From: Styela clava
Taxonomy: Eukaryota
Length of the DNA stretch: 64,000 nt
Direction of reading: 5' to 3'
Assembly: GCF_964204865.1 (NCBI RefSeq)
Contig: NC_135253.1
Span: forward strand, 18,662,001-18,726,000
The translations under genes and the position numbers were made by a program. Within the stretch, counting starts at the first letter, position 1; every line of letters begins with the position of its first letter. Shown in pieces: positions 1-12,726 of this stretch. The notes below the pieces were generated by a model. That model was given only the letters and a program-made list of their open reading frames with translations. It had not been told where the DNA came from and did no database searches.

Positions 1-137
1 TTCAGGCCCTTTCGGACCTCGAGTAGGATTGCATTTGCAAAAAGTAAAAATTCTGAAATTGGTGCAAAGTATTCTAATAGACGCGTATAATGTATTATTT
101 TATATGACATTGGTAAAACGAAACAATAATCTTTCAG

Positions 138-739
138 GGCGAGGAAGGTGTGCGGAATGTTATAGAAATTCTCAAAAACGAATTCATCTACACTATGCAA
201 CTCCTGGGTGAGTTAGCAGCTATAACCTGATATAACATAATGCATTTGGTTCTATTTGGATAGATCTACTTGTTTCAACTTTTTTGATTTCTTTCTAATC
301 TAACTTTCAAATTGAAAACTATTAACAAAGATTTCTTCCAATTTTACCTCGTGGACGAGTTGTAGTAGCATTCGACCTAATGCAAAAATATACAAAATAA
401 TAGTTTTTCCCCAATTTTATTTTGGAGAATAAATAAATTCTGATGCAAACATTCAAAAAAAAAAACTCTATATTGCCGACTGACAATAAGATATACGCTG
501 CACCGTAACTAAACACTGATCAAATTCACACCAAATTACAATTACCGAATCATAAGTGCAATTCCCGAGGACACATACCACCATAAATTTTAACATATCA
601 ACAGCGGCATAAAAAAAACTTTAGCAAAACTATGAAGCAACATTACATTTTTTTTTCTACAGGAGTTTCTACAATAGAAGAATTGCAGACGACACCAGAC
701 GTAGTTGTTCACGAAACAAGATATTTCTCGAAACTTTAA
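138..739 (+). CDS. HAO1: Peroxisomal (S)-2-hydroxy-acid/glycolate oxidase, last two exons (5' part outside window)
   Basis: Exons 138-207 (GEEGVRNVIEILKNEFIYTMQLL-G) and 663-739 (VSTIEELQTTPDVVVHETRYFSKL*), joined GT-AG in phase 1. Matches the HAO C-terminal helix (GEKGVQDVLEILKEEF-like) and ends in the PTS1 signal SKL. HAO1 vs HAO2 cannot be resolved. Confidence 0.85.
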
Positions 740-2024
740 ATTAAATTGCTTCTTATAACATAATGTATTTATATACATAAAGATCGTAGATTAGTCTATA
801 TGATTTGCGCAAATGCTAATTGGATTTAATAATATCATCAGTACACAGCAAAGTTGTGGTTTATCATGTGGCAAAGAAAAATGTCGATAATACACAATAC
901 TTCAAATCTAGCATAGGGAGGGGGAAGGCCCGAACTGTTATTTTTTTTCGCACTATTAAACGTACGCACAGTAATATCTTCTTCCGGCTCGGTCAAAGGC
1001 CAATAAACACACAATATCTGTTGCCGAATGCCCATATATTGTAGTAGAAGTTCACAATCGAATTGAATTATTTTAAGTAACAGAAAATTAAAGAACACTT
1101 ATATTTTTAATCAAACTACAACAAAGAAATATACTAAGAGACGACCTGTCGTGCACGTGCACGGGGTCACTTTATCAGACTGTTATTCGCTCTGAAATTT
1201 CGAACCAGCATAAGGGCTTGCGGTAAATTATATAAGGAAATGAATCGCGGTCAGACTTTGTACTATAGCAATATAACACATGCTGTTAACAGTCGGTGGT
1301 TATAATGTACGGTAATTAACAGTAAGTATATTTTCACCCTATTTCTACAAGCTGTAACGCAAATACACAGCATTCTATTCAATCTCTCTTTTACCAATAT
1401 AAAAATTTTCAAACAAAATTATTTTTATGCAAAATGCCCATAACGCAAATATGTTTTCAGGGCGGCCCTTATATCTGAACTTTTCAGTTTATAAAATTAA
1501 ATATTAAATATTTGAAAGTGTAAGAAAATATTCAAATTTTGGTGGTACTTCGGCATGCGATCTCAGTGATTATAGTTAGGGTTAGTAACTGAGTTTTATG
1601 AGATGTCTCTACGAAATTAAACGAATATCAAAGAAGCACCACAATCGGTGCGCCACTTTTAGTTGAGCAAGTGGTATCGCATGCGAAAGCAGCATTCAAA
1701 TTGCGAAGCAATAATGTACATGATAAATTGCAATATCTTCTGTATTAATTTGCTTTAGTCTTCTTATCGTTTTGTAGATCAGCATCTAATTTTGCCATGC
1801 TCCATATGGAATCGTACAGGTGAACAACGTTGAAAAAGCAACATTTTGCGACCATGACTGGTGTGAATGCATATAACGCTAATCTTACTAGGCCAATATT
1901 CAAACCCGGTAGATTCACTGTAAAGGAGGAGGTCATGAGAAAATTTGTAATTCAATGTAAATGTTTGATATCGAGAGATGATAAATAATTTTGCTGAAAT
2001 ATTGGTTTGGGCCGCAATGAGAGT

Positions 2025-2225
2025 CAACTATTCCGGTTTAGAGAGAAAGCCAATAAAAATTCATAATTATAGGGTGAACCATGATATCTCGTCTAATTCA
2101 CATTCTATGTCGGGTCGGTATTCGTCTCTGACTTATGACTTGATAACTGAAGAAGCCTAAACCACTATCGATTCCGTGAACCACCCTACGACGATGAAGA
2201 GTACAAGTTCCGAGTCGTGGAAATG
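2025..2225 (-). mobile_element. Degenerate copy of the SINE-like family
   Basis: Aligns by eye with 44335-44535 (gaaagccRataa ... tgaRgaagcc ... gtgaaccaCYctacgRcg). Confidence 0.5.
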
Positions 2226-2719
2226 AGCATCATTATTGGCCAGATCATACCATTATTTTGTCAGAGAATGCTAGGTGTTCCAATCTCCATAACATATGGT
2301 ATATCGATGTGTGGCAATTAAGATCAAAACAGCATTAGTTTTAAACAAACAAAATTATTCATATAACTCACACATAGGTCCTTCAGTAAAGTGCAGTAAA
2401 TACAACATCAAATGAAATATTTCGTTTCCGTCCACCAACAGAGAAAGGAGCATCTGCAAAGCAAAACAACAGAACAAAACATGTCTGAACATACAAACAA
2501 TTGCATATTAAACGTAAACAACAACAAATAAACTGTCACATAACTTCCCAGCAAGTATTGAACAGTGTCAACACAAAGCGCAAATGCATGTAGCTCTGCA
2601 GTGTGTGGAAGACAGTCCGGCCAGCAAGGTATAGATAGGAACGACAATCAAAATAAAAAACTTCACTCAAATCAAACGCACACTTGCGAGGATCAACCGA
2701 GTTATCGAATTAAGTCAAA

Positions 2720-2860
2720 TAAAGAATAACATATTATATATATATCACTTTTATACTATCTCGTTCTAGAATCTTTGTTGACTGCGGCCTCTTGAGATTC
2801 GAAGTAGAAATTAGACAAGGAGAAAGGACTTGCAGTTCGAAATACAATATCCTATACTCA
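2720..2860 (+). repeat. Dispersed intronic repeat with GGAGAAAGGACT core, copy 1
   Basis: Shares atactatc...gaagtagaaattagacaaggagaaaggacttgcagttc with 19685-19830 and the reverse complement of 61770-61900. Confidence 0.65.
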
Positions 2861-5644
2861 AAAATATTATATACTTGTACCAACATTTTGATTCAAATTT
2901 TATTAAGAGAGATTCGATTCTTACCCTGTTCGAATAGTAGAGTCGTAAAAAATAATTTCCACCTTTCATGTCTTGATGATATGAACCAGTCAATGCGGAA
3001 TGATGGATGTACAACCAGTGGCCAACGATATCAACATAGACACTGTAGAAACAACACTTCTTAATAACTTATAGCACTTTCATTCAGGTTTTATTTATTA
3101 CGATACAGATATCATCAGTTTGGTATTTCTTGGAAAGTTGGGCTTCTGCGATATCTCCATTAAAATATTATGTATTATCTTTAAAATCCTCACACGAATA
3201 TTCATTCACCCGTGTATGTGCGTCTGAACTTGTTTAAAGCAAAATTGGATCTTTTGTAGAAAGCCCTTCTCAAAAAAGCATCCCGTCACGGCCTGAAATT
3301 AAGTTATCCAGTTTCACCCGTTGATGGAAGTGAGCACTGGAATCCAGTGATATCATGGTTAGGGTTTTTCTCAAGTCTCACATTTTTGCATTAGGCTTTC
3401 CCCAAAAGATTTTATTTTGAAATTATGCATTTTAAAGATTTTATAATATAGCCTACGTTCCAACAAAAATTTTGTAATACATTTATATTTCTAAGTTGGC
3501 CTCGTGATATTGACTGTACAGACCTCAATTGAAACAGTAGCACCAAGCTTCGATTCCTGTAACATAAGGTTACATAAAAAAAAAGATGAGATTTAGGGGA
3601 TTGGCGCACGAACCGGTTCTCGGGATGTCGTGAAAATACAGCTGCACCGCACCGACTACCGTTACAATTGGCGTTTCGAAAATTATATATTGAATTTATG
3701 TAAAGCGTTTCATGTTAATGTAGCTTACGTATAGCGACATACATTAGTAAAGATGGCGTTCAATTTGCTTGTATCATGTAATCCTATGTTACGTTCTTGT
3801 ATTATTATAGAGCTATTCTGAAATTCTGATAGTGAATTCGATTAAAAATAAGTCTGTTTTCAAAAATTTTAATCCTATCACTGCTTGAATTATATTACAT
3901 TGGAAACAATAAGTTACACACCAATTTATGTAACTATTTGAGAACATTCCCAGAAAAATCAAACACCCCACTATTTTTAAAAGTGATCAACGTTACAAAA
4001 TCCAATTTTGGTTCATTTTTTGTCCTCGTCATTTTGGCAATATTTGTTGCTTTTCGTTGGCCTATTTTACAAACCTGGTGAAAATATCTCGCTGCTCGGC
4101 CATCGAATTCATCTAGTATTATGCCGACGATAAAACAACTTGTTGTTATGACATAGTTGGTTCTGGCGAAATAGAAGGCAGTGAAGTACAAAATTATCCT
4201 CGAAAAATCTGCAAATGATATTTTACAAGCGGCTTTGAAACGGAAGAAAACCAAAGTGCTACCAAAATTGATGGATGGCTTTAATTGACGGCTGGACTAG
4301 AATTTACACTAAATAATCTCATATAAAATTACGTTCCGAGACATTGATAACGAAGCACAATTCTTGTAGCTATAGTGCCCACCATTGGCAATACTTGAAT
4401 AGTCGGTACATGTACATATATAACAATATATATTATATTTCGACTCTGGCCGCAAGCATGAAGATAATTCTTCAAGCATAAAGGTGACTGCAACAGGGAA
4501 ACATTTTTTTTTTTCATACAAAGTTCCTGATTCATACCAATAAAGATATTGTCTTGTGGGACTTGCAATAGAAACACAGTTTGTTTATTTTTTTAAGGTC
4601 TCTAACTATTAAACTAGTTTATAGCAAAAATTCGTTTAACGATGGAATGGACTATATTTTTTTAAAGTTTTACCATTTCACTTACCGATGATATTCGGGA
4701 TGAACAGTAGAACATCAATTGCTGAAACTTTGTTGCCTTTTTCCATCGTGCAAACTAATAACTGCTGAAATAAGTAATATCGGTGTTGTGAAAACTCTGG
4801 TCCATTTATGAGAGACTAGATTCCACTCGACTCATTTAAACGAAGAAAATACCCGCCTGAGAGAGTCGACTTGAAACTATAAAATACGTTTGAGCGACTG
4901 GCGAAAAATCACAAACCACGCCGATGTTGTATTGAAAAAAAAACAAAAATGAAACAACAGAAAATGAATTGTTTTGGTCAACCTGTTTTTTCCTAAATCG
5001 AAGAACCAAAGTTCAACCCGGTTTGCAATGAACAGTAATATGTTCGCCATATTTACTTCAACCAACTTAGTGAAATAAAACAAAAATCTGAATACCTTGA
5101 TAAAAGGCTCTATTCAACTTAAAACTAAAGCATATTCAGAATAAATCCGAAGTAAAACACAGCACAAGTAAATGTTAATAACTAAATAAGAAAAGCACAT
5201 ACGCAGCCAAACGCTGACACTCGTAGCAAAATAAGTAAAATTGAGTGAAGCAAAAACACACTACACAGCATAGCAATTGTTGCCGTCTGATTTGAAACAC
5301 GACACAACAATCATTGCTGGACTGCAACTTTGTAAACAAATAATACCATTTGTTCGTGTGAACCACGCTATAACGGTGAGGAGATTAGCAAGTTTCTCAT
5401 ACATCAATATGCATTTACACTTCATAGTATCCGAAACCGTACTAGCCAACCCAACCCAACGCTTAGAACTTTGCGCCAACAACGTAACTGCGGTTCAAAT
5501 AACTAAACCTAATTTGAGTGTGACTCATATTTATCGATTACAATGTTGTTTATGTAATTGGACTCGACTCTGACTCAAAACAGAAGTGGCTCAATTTGAC
5601 ATGGGACTCAAAGTTTGAAATTGGCTGGAATACGGACTCCAAAC

Positions 5645-6471
5645 TAGAGATGTAGCGGTATCGGTATCGGCAATATCGGCCAATTCATTGGTATCGGTAT
5701 CGACTAAATTTATACCGATATTTCCGATATATTTAACTTCTCAATATGATCCAGAATGTTTTAAAAATTATGTTAGAATGCGGATCTTGAAATTATTTTT
5801 TGCTTGGATTGATTGTGAACTATGAGTCATGCACGTCGCCACCCCGCTAGTAGAAACAGGAATCGTATTCTGGCCTGTTCTAGCCATTTATCAGCCAAAC
5901 TGGCTCAATCAATTTGAATATTTTCGCTTCCAAATTTTTAAATTAAAATTTTTAATATTGCATGGTAATTATGGAAAATATATCAATCGAATATTAGTGA
6001 ATGTTCCGATGTGTAAAATATAAAATACGACGTTATATTGGCCTAAAATCCTGCGCACGTAATTCAATGTAGCAGTTTCATACGATAAGTAGGATAAACA
6101 TTTATTTATTTTACCACCAACAGTAGCCAAATACTATTAGTTGTCTAATTGAACACCGAGATTACTAGCGCCAGTGCTCAATGCATCTGAATCAATTAAC
6201 GCATTTGAATTCCAAACATCTACTTCCTAATAAATATCTATTTATGTGTGTGATATTTCTTTTTTATACGGAAATAATGTGCACTATTAATATTGCCCAA
6301 AGACTATTGTTTTAAACCGTCTGTCCTGCACACTTGAGGTAATAATTACATAGTATCGGAATATCGGCAGTATCGGTCGTTTTCGAATATCGTTGTATCG
6401 GCATCGGCTTTTTTAGATGGTATTGGATCGGTATCGGTATCGGCGACAAAAGTGGTATTGGTACATCTCTA
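5645..6471. mobile_element. Non-autonomous hAT-like DNA transposon
   Basis: TIR TAGAGATGTA/TACATCTCTA; perfect 8-bp TSD CTCCAAAC (5637-5644, 6472-6479); subterminal TATCGG arrays at both ends. Confidence 0.9.
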
Positions 6472-9400
6472 CTCCAAACTCGGATGACACGTGACTTGCG
6501 ATCAGGTATTTAGGGGCTTGTGATGTTGTGAAGAGAAATACTATCGATTCCGTATAATATACAATATTAGATTGTCTGTCTTGTGTGTAAAATGTTAGCG
6601 TGAAAACGAAAAAATAGTTCAAGTGCGTAGTATAACTTTTGTATCACTTAGATATTGTAAGCACATTCATATCAAGTTGATTGAATTTCGGTGATCCTGG
6701 CAAAAATATTATTATCAGTTGTAAATCGGGTTTGGCTCAGATTCTTTAAATTGGAACAAAACTAGTTGATCACAACAATTCATTTCTAGCTATTGTGCCT
6801 CATTAGCATGGTAGGTCCGTAGAATAGACCGCGGACAAAACATCTTGTTTTGATCGGAGAATCAAGATTGATATCCTGCCGCGCCTGGTAATACGTCAAC
6901 TCGGGGACCAAATTTATTATCTATATTCTATAAGCACGTAATGCTTTGTAAAAAAGAAGTGGGAAAGTTAGGACAGAAATGAACAGTATATATCCATGAG
7001 ATACTGCAGAATAATATATAAATTGTGTGCTGGTGAAGGCTTTATATAATTATGTTCGTTGTTAGGTTCAGGCAATCGCAGAAAGAGAGTGCTGGAGATC
7101 AAGCTAAGTGCTGTACCTTTGTACAACAAAATCCCAAATATAATACCATATATTGGTTAGAATTTCGTGATAATCTTACTTTCAGTGCTCTGATGTTTTT
7201 TGAGTTTATTTCACATAGGTAGCCTACTGCACATCGTCAAGTTTTTCTCCTAAATTTTTATATATTGTCGTTTATAATATGTACCACAATCTACATTCTA
7301 AGCAACTTTATTTTGACATTCTGTTCATTCTCACCTGAAAGCGATTGGCTACAAATGTTCCAGTTTTTTAGTTAGCCGATGGCACTGTTATATAGCATTG
7401 TTTACATTTTCAGAAACTGCATATTATTGATCAAAATATCATGAAAACTAACAGTTCTGTTGACTGCAGGCCTTCGGTTTGTAATATTACTTCCTGCCGC
7501 GATCACCTCGCCGTGATCTATATTTTGTTGCATACTCCCGACTTGATTGTGTAGGCAGCTGCCGGGAGTGTGTAAGCTTCTTATTGGCTCGAAATATCGA
7601 GGTAGTTCCTGTTCGATTAAGATGTACGGAAGCTGAGTAATACTATAGGCTACAATGTCAACTCTGTGATGTATGATTAAAACATCGGAAGTGATTCTAT
7701 CAGCTTGAACTCGATACTTCATTTACGACCTGTTGATTTAGGTAGGCTACAAGAAAATGTCGTCTTCGAGGTCTTGCGATGTTCCTCCCGATCCTCCGAA
7801 ACGCAAAATCACCACTGATTGTCAAGCTACTATGACCTATACAGTAAAATGTATGAAAGTAAAATCTATGACTTGATTACAGTGCTTAAAACCAAAATGT
7901 TAAAAACTCTGAGATATGAAATACCAACAATTATTGAACAACACTTAGAAACCAGTTCAAGGCGTCTCTTCAAACACCCCAACCAGCATTGGCATTTAGA
8001 AGTAAAATGAATACCTAAACATCAATAAAACGGACACATTTGGTACAGTCGGGAATTTTCTTATTAAAAGCTTCTAAGGACATTCTTAGGACACTAGTGG
8101 TACGCGAAGGTCCTCCAGGTGGTACGTAAGTACATTCTGTTCTTTATTCGATCAAAACTGACAACTGTGTTTTTGTTCTAATTTGTTTATAGTCTTTATA
8201 TAGCCTAATATATATTTAAAAGTGTGAGATTTAGAAAAAAAATAAATCTCTCATGTTTATTCTGTAAGATAAATTTATTTATTTTTTATTATTTTTATTA
8301 TTCTGTAAGATAAATTGATTAAAACTGTTATGTTCATGATATGAAAAAATACTCTTATGTCTGTGTTTTTGAGTAATATTACTATTTATTTATTTCTGTT
8401 TTTATGTATAAAATCCAAAATTATCTGTGGAATGGTTTAAGGAATTTATTAATATTGTTTGCTGCTATATACTGTTTTATAATTTATGAAAATCCAAAAA
8501 ATGCATGTCCTATAGAGTGATCTGAAATGATATTGTTATTTATTGTTTTTTTGATTTTGAACGATATTGTTTATTGCATTATTATTTTTATTTAATAAAA
8601 ATCCAATAAAAAAAAAAAAAAAAAAGGAGTTCTTGGTTTAGATGGGGTTGCTTTGAGTTTTTTGAGGCTGTGTCGTCGTGGTAAGGTACGTCCGTTGGGA
8701 AGGACGTATTTTTCCTCACATATGGAATGCCATAGGAAGTAGAGGTTATTTGCGAGCACATATTCGCCCTTATCGTGCTTAAACCAATTTATTAAAATGG
8801 TAAATTTCGTTATAACGTCAGCTCAAAATATTCAGCTCTCCAAGCTTATTTGTGAACAGCAAAGACGAAACACAAAGATTGTCTTTCAGACTTATCTAGG
8901 TCTCCTTGTTCTCACGCTACGTGCGTGCAGGGATTTTCATCCACGGTGATGTTCAAGTCGAAAGAAAACGACTCGCATGACTGTCTATGTGCTCGGGGCA
9001 AATGCATACCACGTATCGTCCAGCTAGTGCACCGGTTCTCAACCTGTGGGCCATTATCCACTACTGGGCCACATATACATTTTCAGGTGTGCCATAAACT
9101 CATTAAAATTGCTATTGTTATTGAAAAATTTGGTTTTATTTGTGTCACTATAGTCAAATTTATTTTGTAGCAGCAATGAATGATGATCAAGCTTTTCATA
9201 CTAATTAAATATCAATGTGGAAATATATATTGATGAAAAATTAACGTTTGTAGTTGTGACTGATGATGAAAAACAATCCCATCGACTCTGACTGATGCCG
9301 CCTAGTTTAAAAGAACTTGTTATTAATAACTTCGCATAGATCAAACGCGTGATTATGACATCATAAAAGATTGGAGAATTCGACCGTCTTCGGTTCGCAA

Positions 9401-10547
9401 ACTATATACATGTATAGGTGATACGTGAGCACTGCATTACCTACCTTACTTACCTACCGGACCAATTATTTTTCAAATTTTTATCAGGTAAAAATGGGTG
9501 ACTTCTAAGCTAGCAGCCTATTTATTCTATATTGGATTGAAGTATATTTCTGAAATAGTAGTTGAAATAAACAAGCGATTTGTTATATTCCGGCGCAACG
9601 CCACTCATCAAACGACACACTTGATGTTGAAAATAAACCTTTTAGGCTTATTTGAACCCAATTGCTATCTTAAGGTCAAATGTTCATTTCAATTTAACTC
9701 GATTATGAAATGATAACTATTAAGTGATAACCAAATTGAACATTGTGCTAATTGCCTAAGACCCATCTGCAACTACACAAAATAAAATTGTTTACTGTCA
9801 GGGAATGAGTAGTTTACGCAAATTGCGTTTTCCCCCACATCGCTTTCCCCTATCCTGGCGGCTGTGAAACAGACAAGGCGCCCCCAAAACCGCCCGCAAA
9901 AATAAATAGTAAACCTTTCGCCGAGCTGGTTTTCTCAAAACTGTGGAGTGATTTCGCTGTAGCGACTACAACGCATACACAAAACCGACACAAAACAAAA
10001 CATTCCAAACGAAGCATTGTCAACAGGCATCGGATTCCCAACTGTGATTGTTCGACTGAAGTTGATTTGGACCATGGGTAAGGGAGGATAAAAGCGTACT
10101 TATACTTTCTATTCTGCTATTGTTGTAGGCCTATCCATTGTTTTGTCGTCCGTTGTGCTGAATATGGAGTCGAAAAAACTTAGACTTACTGCAGTACTGA
10201 CTTATAATATGCCGTTAATGTAACGTACGCTATATAAGTTGTACTGCGACTAGCGGTACGGTACCGAATGTCGGAATCGTACTAGGCCTACTTAACGTAC
10301 TATGAGATTATGGTCATTTTGCATATTTTCGTTGACTTTAAACATTTGAAGGAATGTGAGTCCAAGAATTGGATTGGGTGGAAACTAACATAAAACAAAC
10401 TAGAAAACGATGTATTGGACTAAAGCCCAATATGGATGATAATTTATTTTATTCAAACGCCAATATTCTGTGATTGGACATATCTCGACTGTTTATTTTA
10501 TTTTTTCAATATCTACATTTCTATTTTTATAGTATAATTTGCGAATA

Positions 10548-10931
10548 ATGCCTATTTTAGGTCTATTTGGAAACAAGGGTTTCAGCCCCAAAAAAGCCTC
10601 ACCAAGAAAAGCAGCATCATTGTCAAACTTAGCCGCACTCGATGCTACACAAAGAGCTCAAGAATTTGGATTAGATTATGGTTCTGCATCTCTCAAACTC
10701 AATGGTACCCAACTTAAATTTGAAGATGGGACGTGGCACGCTGATACGGGGTCATCATTGCCACAGAGAGAAGTTGTAAAGTTACGTAAAGATAATCAGA
10801 AACTTCTGGAAGAAAATAACATGTTGAAACTGAAAATTGACATTTTGCTGGATATGTTATCAGAAAGTGCAGCCGAATGTCATATACTAGAAAAAGAGAG
10901 AGATGAGGCGCTGAAAACTGGGAAATTCTAG
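10548..10931 (+). CDS. CBY1: Protein chibby homolog (127 aa; alternative start in an upstream exon at 10074)
   Basis: FGNKGFSPKK, RKAASLSNL, FGLDYG, LKFEDGTW and the coiled coil LLEENNMLKLKIDILLDMLSE are Chibby hallmarks. Acceptor at 10532; upstream donor ACCATGG|GTAAGG at 10077/10078. Confidence 0.95.
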   Translation: MPILGLFGNKGFSPKKASPRKAASLSNLAALDATQRAQEFGLDYGSASLKLNGTQLKFEDGTWHADTGSSLPQREVVKLRKDNQKLLEENNMLKLKIDILLDMLSESAAECHILEKERDEALKTGKF

Positions 10932-12474
10932 ATATTTTGTTATATCTTTTTGTTTATTCCATGATGGTGTAGAAATTGTGCTGAAAGATCAATGAGGGAT
11001 AAAAAATGTTCATATACAATAGTTGGTATCACAAAAATCTTATCTTCCATCTTCTTTGTTTTGAACGATCAAGATTGTGTTATATGCCAAATTTTTATAT
11101 TTGTAATATATAAATTGTTTCAAATGCTTTTATTCATCTGAGTTTCGTGATTTTATATTTTTCAATGATTATCTCCACATAGATCATAGTCATAGTTTCG
11201 GAAGATAACACCTTTTTAGATTGCATATTTGCCATGAACCTGGCAAGTGGTATGCCATTGTTCATTTCCATGATATTTCCCTTCTAGTAAGGATTTCAAT
11301 AAGCAGGCACCTTTGCCTACCACTGTTTCAAAATGCTGTAATAGGATAATAAAACTTGAACCTGAGACATCAGTCAAAGGGAGTAGTCCAATGATATAAG
11401 TAGTAGGCTATCATGCTCAATAGTGTGATCGCTTTTTTGTGTTTGGAACAATGTTTTACTCTGTCCTGTTGTGTTTTATCACCTTCCAGACTGCTGCGTA
11501 ATATTTTTGCTGATGCAATGAAGAGTTTGAAAAATGCATATGTTAGACCAACCTGTGTACTTGAGTATGTGTTGTCAACATCGAGACAATGAATTACTAT
11601 GCATTAACACACATTTCTTGGCATTACAACTTTTATCCATCATCAACATATACAAGTTTTGTATGAATTGAAAGCTGATGTTACTAGTATTTTTATTCGA
11701 TTTTAGGTTTATTTTATTTTCATTAGTTTTCTTAAAGGCAGGTCCTCAAGACTTGACTTTATGTTCATATCTTTTGGTTGCACACACACTCTGAACTTGA
11801 TTCACTAACCCATATGATGGAATATGAGTATATATAACTGCTATAGTATTTCTAGTGCTATTGTTGATTTTAATGGCACATTGCACTCTCATGCTTTTTA
11901 TTTTTAACAATCAAAGTTATAATTTTTTTGGTTTTAACATTGGATTTGACTCATTTTGTCCATATTTTCAAAAAAATCATAGCGACGGTATCAGTAAAAA
12001 GTCTGCTGTAAACCTTGTTGTTGTGAAATCTCAAAATTCAGTCTGATGCTTGTCTCCTACCTTTGTATTTTTAATAATCGTAGTTCATTTACTTGGCTTT
12101 ATTCAGGCAACTGTACACATTGTTTTCATATTATATTTTACAATATATATTTTGTACACGATTTAGCATTTTTATTTTACTTAGGTTTTAACAACCAAGA
12201 CCGTAACCGACTAACAATTTACTCTTGTAACCAACAATTCTGTAGATATTTCCAGACACACTGAAGTTACACATTGTGCTCACAATTTGACAATGAAAAA
12301 TAATACTATAGTTACAGATAGTATAATAAAATGGAATAGTACTGTACTTAAAAATAGTGTTGGGTAAAAGTCTCAAATTATAACGGCTACAGCACTAATT
12401 TTAAGGTATATACAATCAGGGATGTACCCATCCTGGCTGATTGGATTATATATTTGTATCTTAGCACTTCATTT

Positions 12475-12584
12475 GGAGCTCCAGAAGTATGTGCACCAGG
12501 ATGGCGCACAACCTGAACATAGTATGTGCACCAGGTTAGGATTCAGTTTGTGCGACATTTTGGTGCACATACTTTGGGAGCGCC
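12475..12584. mobile_element. Merlin-like MITE, copy 1
   Basis: Termini GGAGCTCCAGAAGTATGTGCA / TGCACATACTTTGGGAGCGCC; 8-bp TSD CTTCATTT. Confidence 0.85.
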
Positions 12585-12726
12585 CTTCATTTTTATTGTC
12601 GTGGTTCTATCCACAGTCCAAAACGAATGTTCAAAATGATTTTTTTTTCATGTTGAATAGTGGATAATTTAGTATGGGAAAAGTTGATGAAATAGCGGTC
12701 AAATGGAAATCCCCATGATCCCAGTT

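Larger units (their letters stand above)
1745..4746 (-). pseudogene. CDIPT: CDP-diacylglycerol-inositol 3-phosphatidyltransferase (PI synthase)-like gene, disrupted in exon 3 as assembled
   Basis: Exons 4746-4686, 4208-4075, 3556-3524, 3042-2925, 2453-2372, 1917-1745 encode LLFIPNII, DEFDGRAARYFHQ, VDIVGHW, LRLYYSNR, GNEIFHLMLYLLHFTEGP. Exon 3 is only 33 nt: ESKLGA, 1 extra nt, then LFQLS in another frame, with the DxxxD segment missing. Family call is strong; pseudogene status is less certain. Confidence 0.7.

Noticed and set aside
5650-6460. Short repeats (TATCGG here, GATTCG elsewhere) as a CRISPR-like array
   Set aside because: They are subterminal repeats of TSD-flanked hAT-like elements, with no repeat-spacer periodicity.
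7400-8030. Short ORFs followed by AATAAA
   Set aside because: No consistent frame, splice chain or recognisable homology.
9170-9300. CTGATGA/TGATGA motifs suggesting a hammerhead ribozyme or C/D snoRNA
   Set aside because: No flanking stems or correctly spaced partner boxes.
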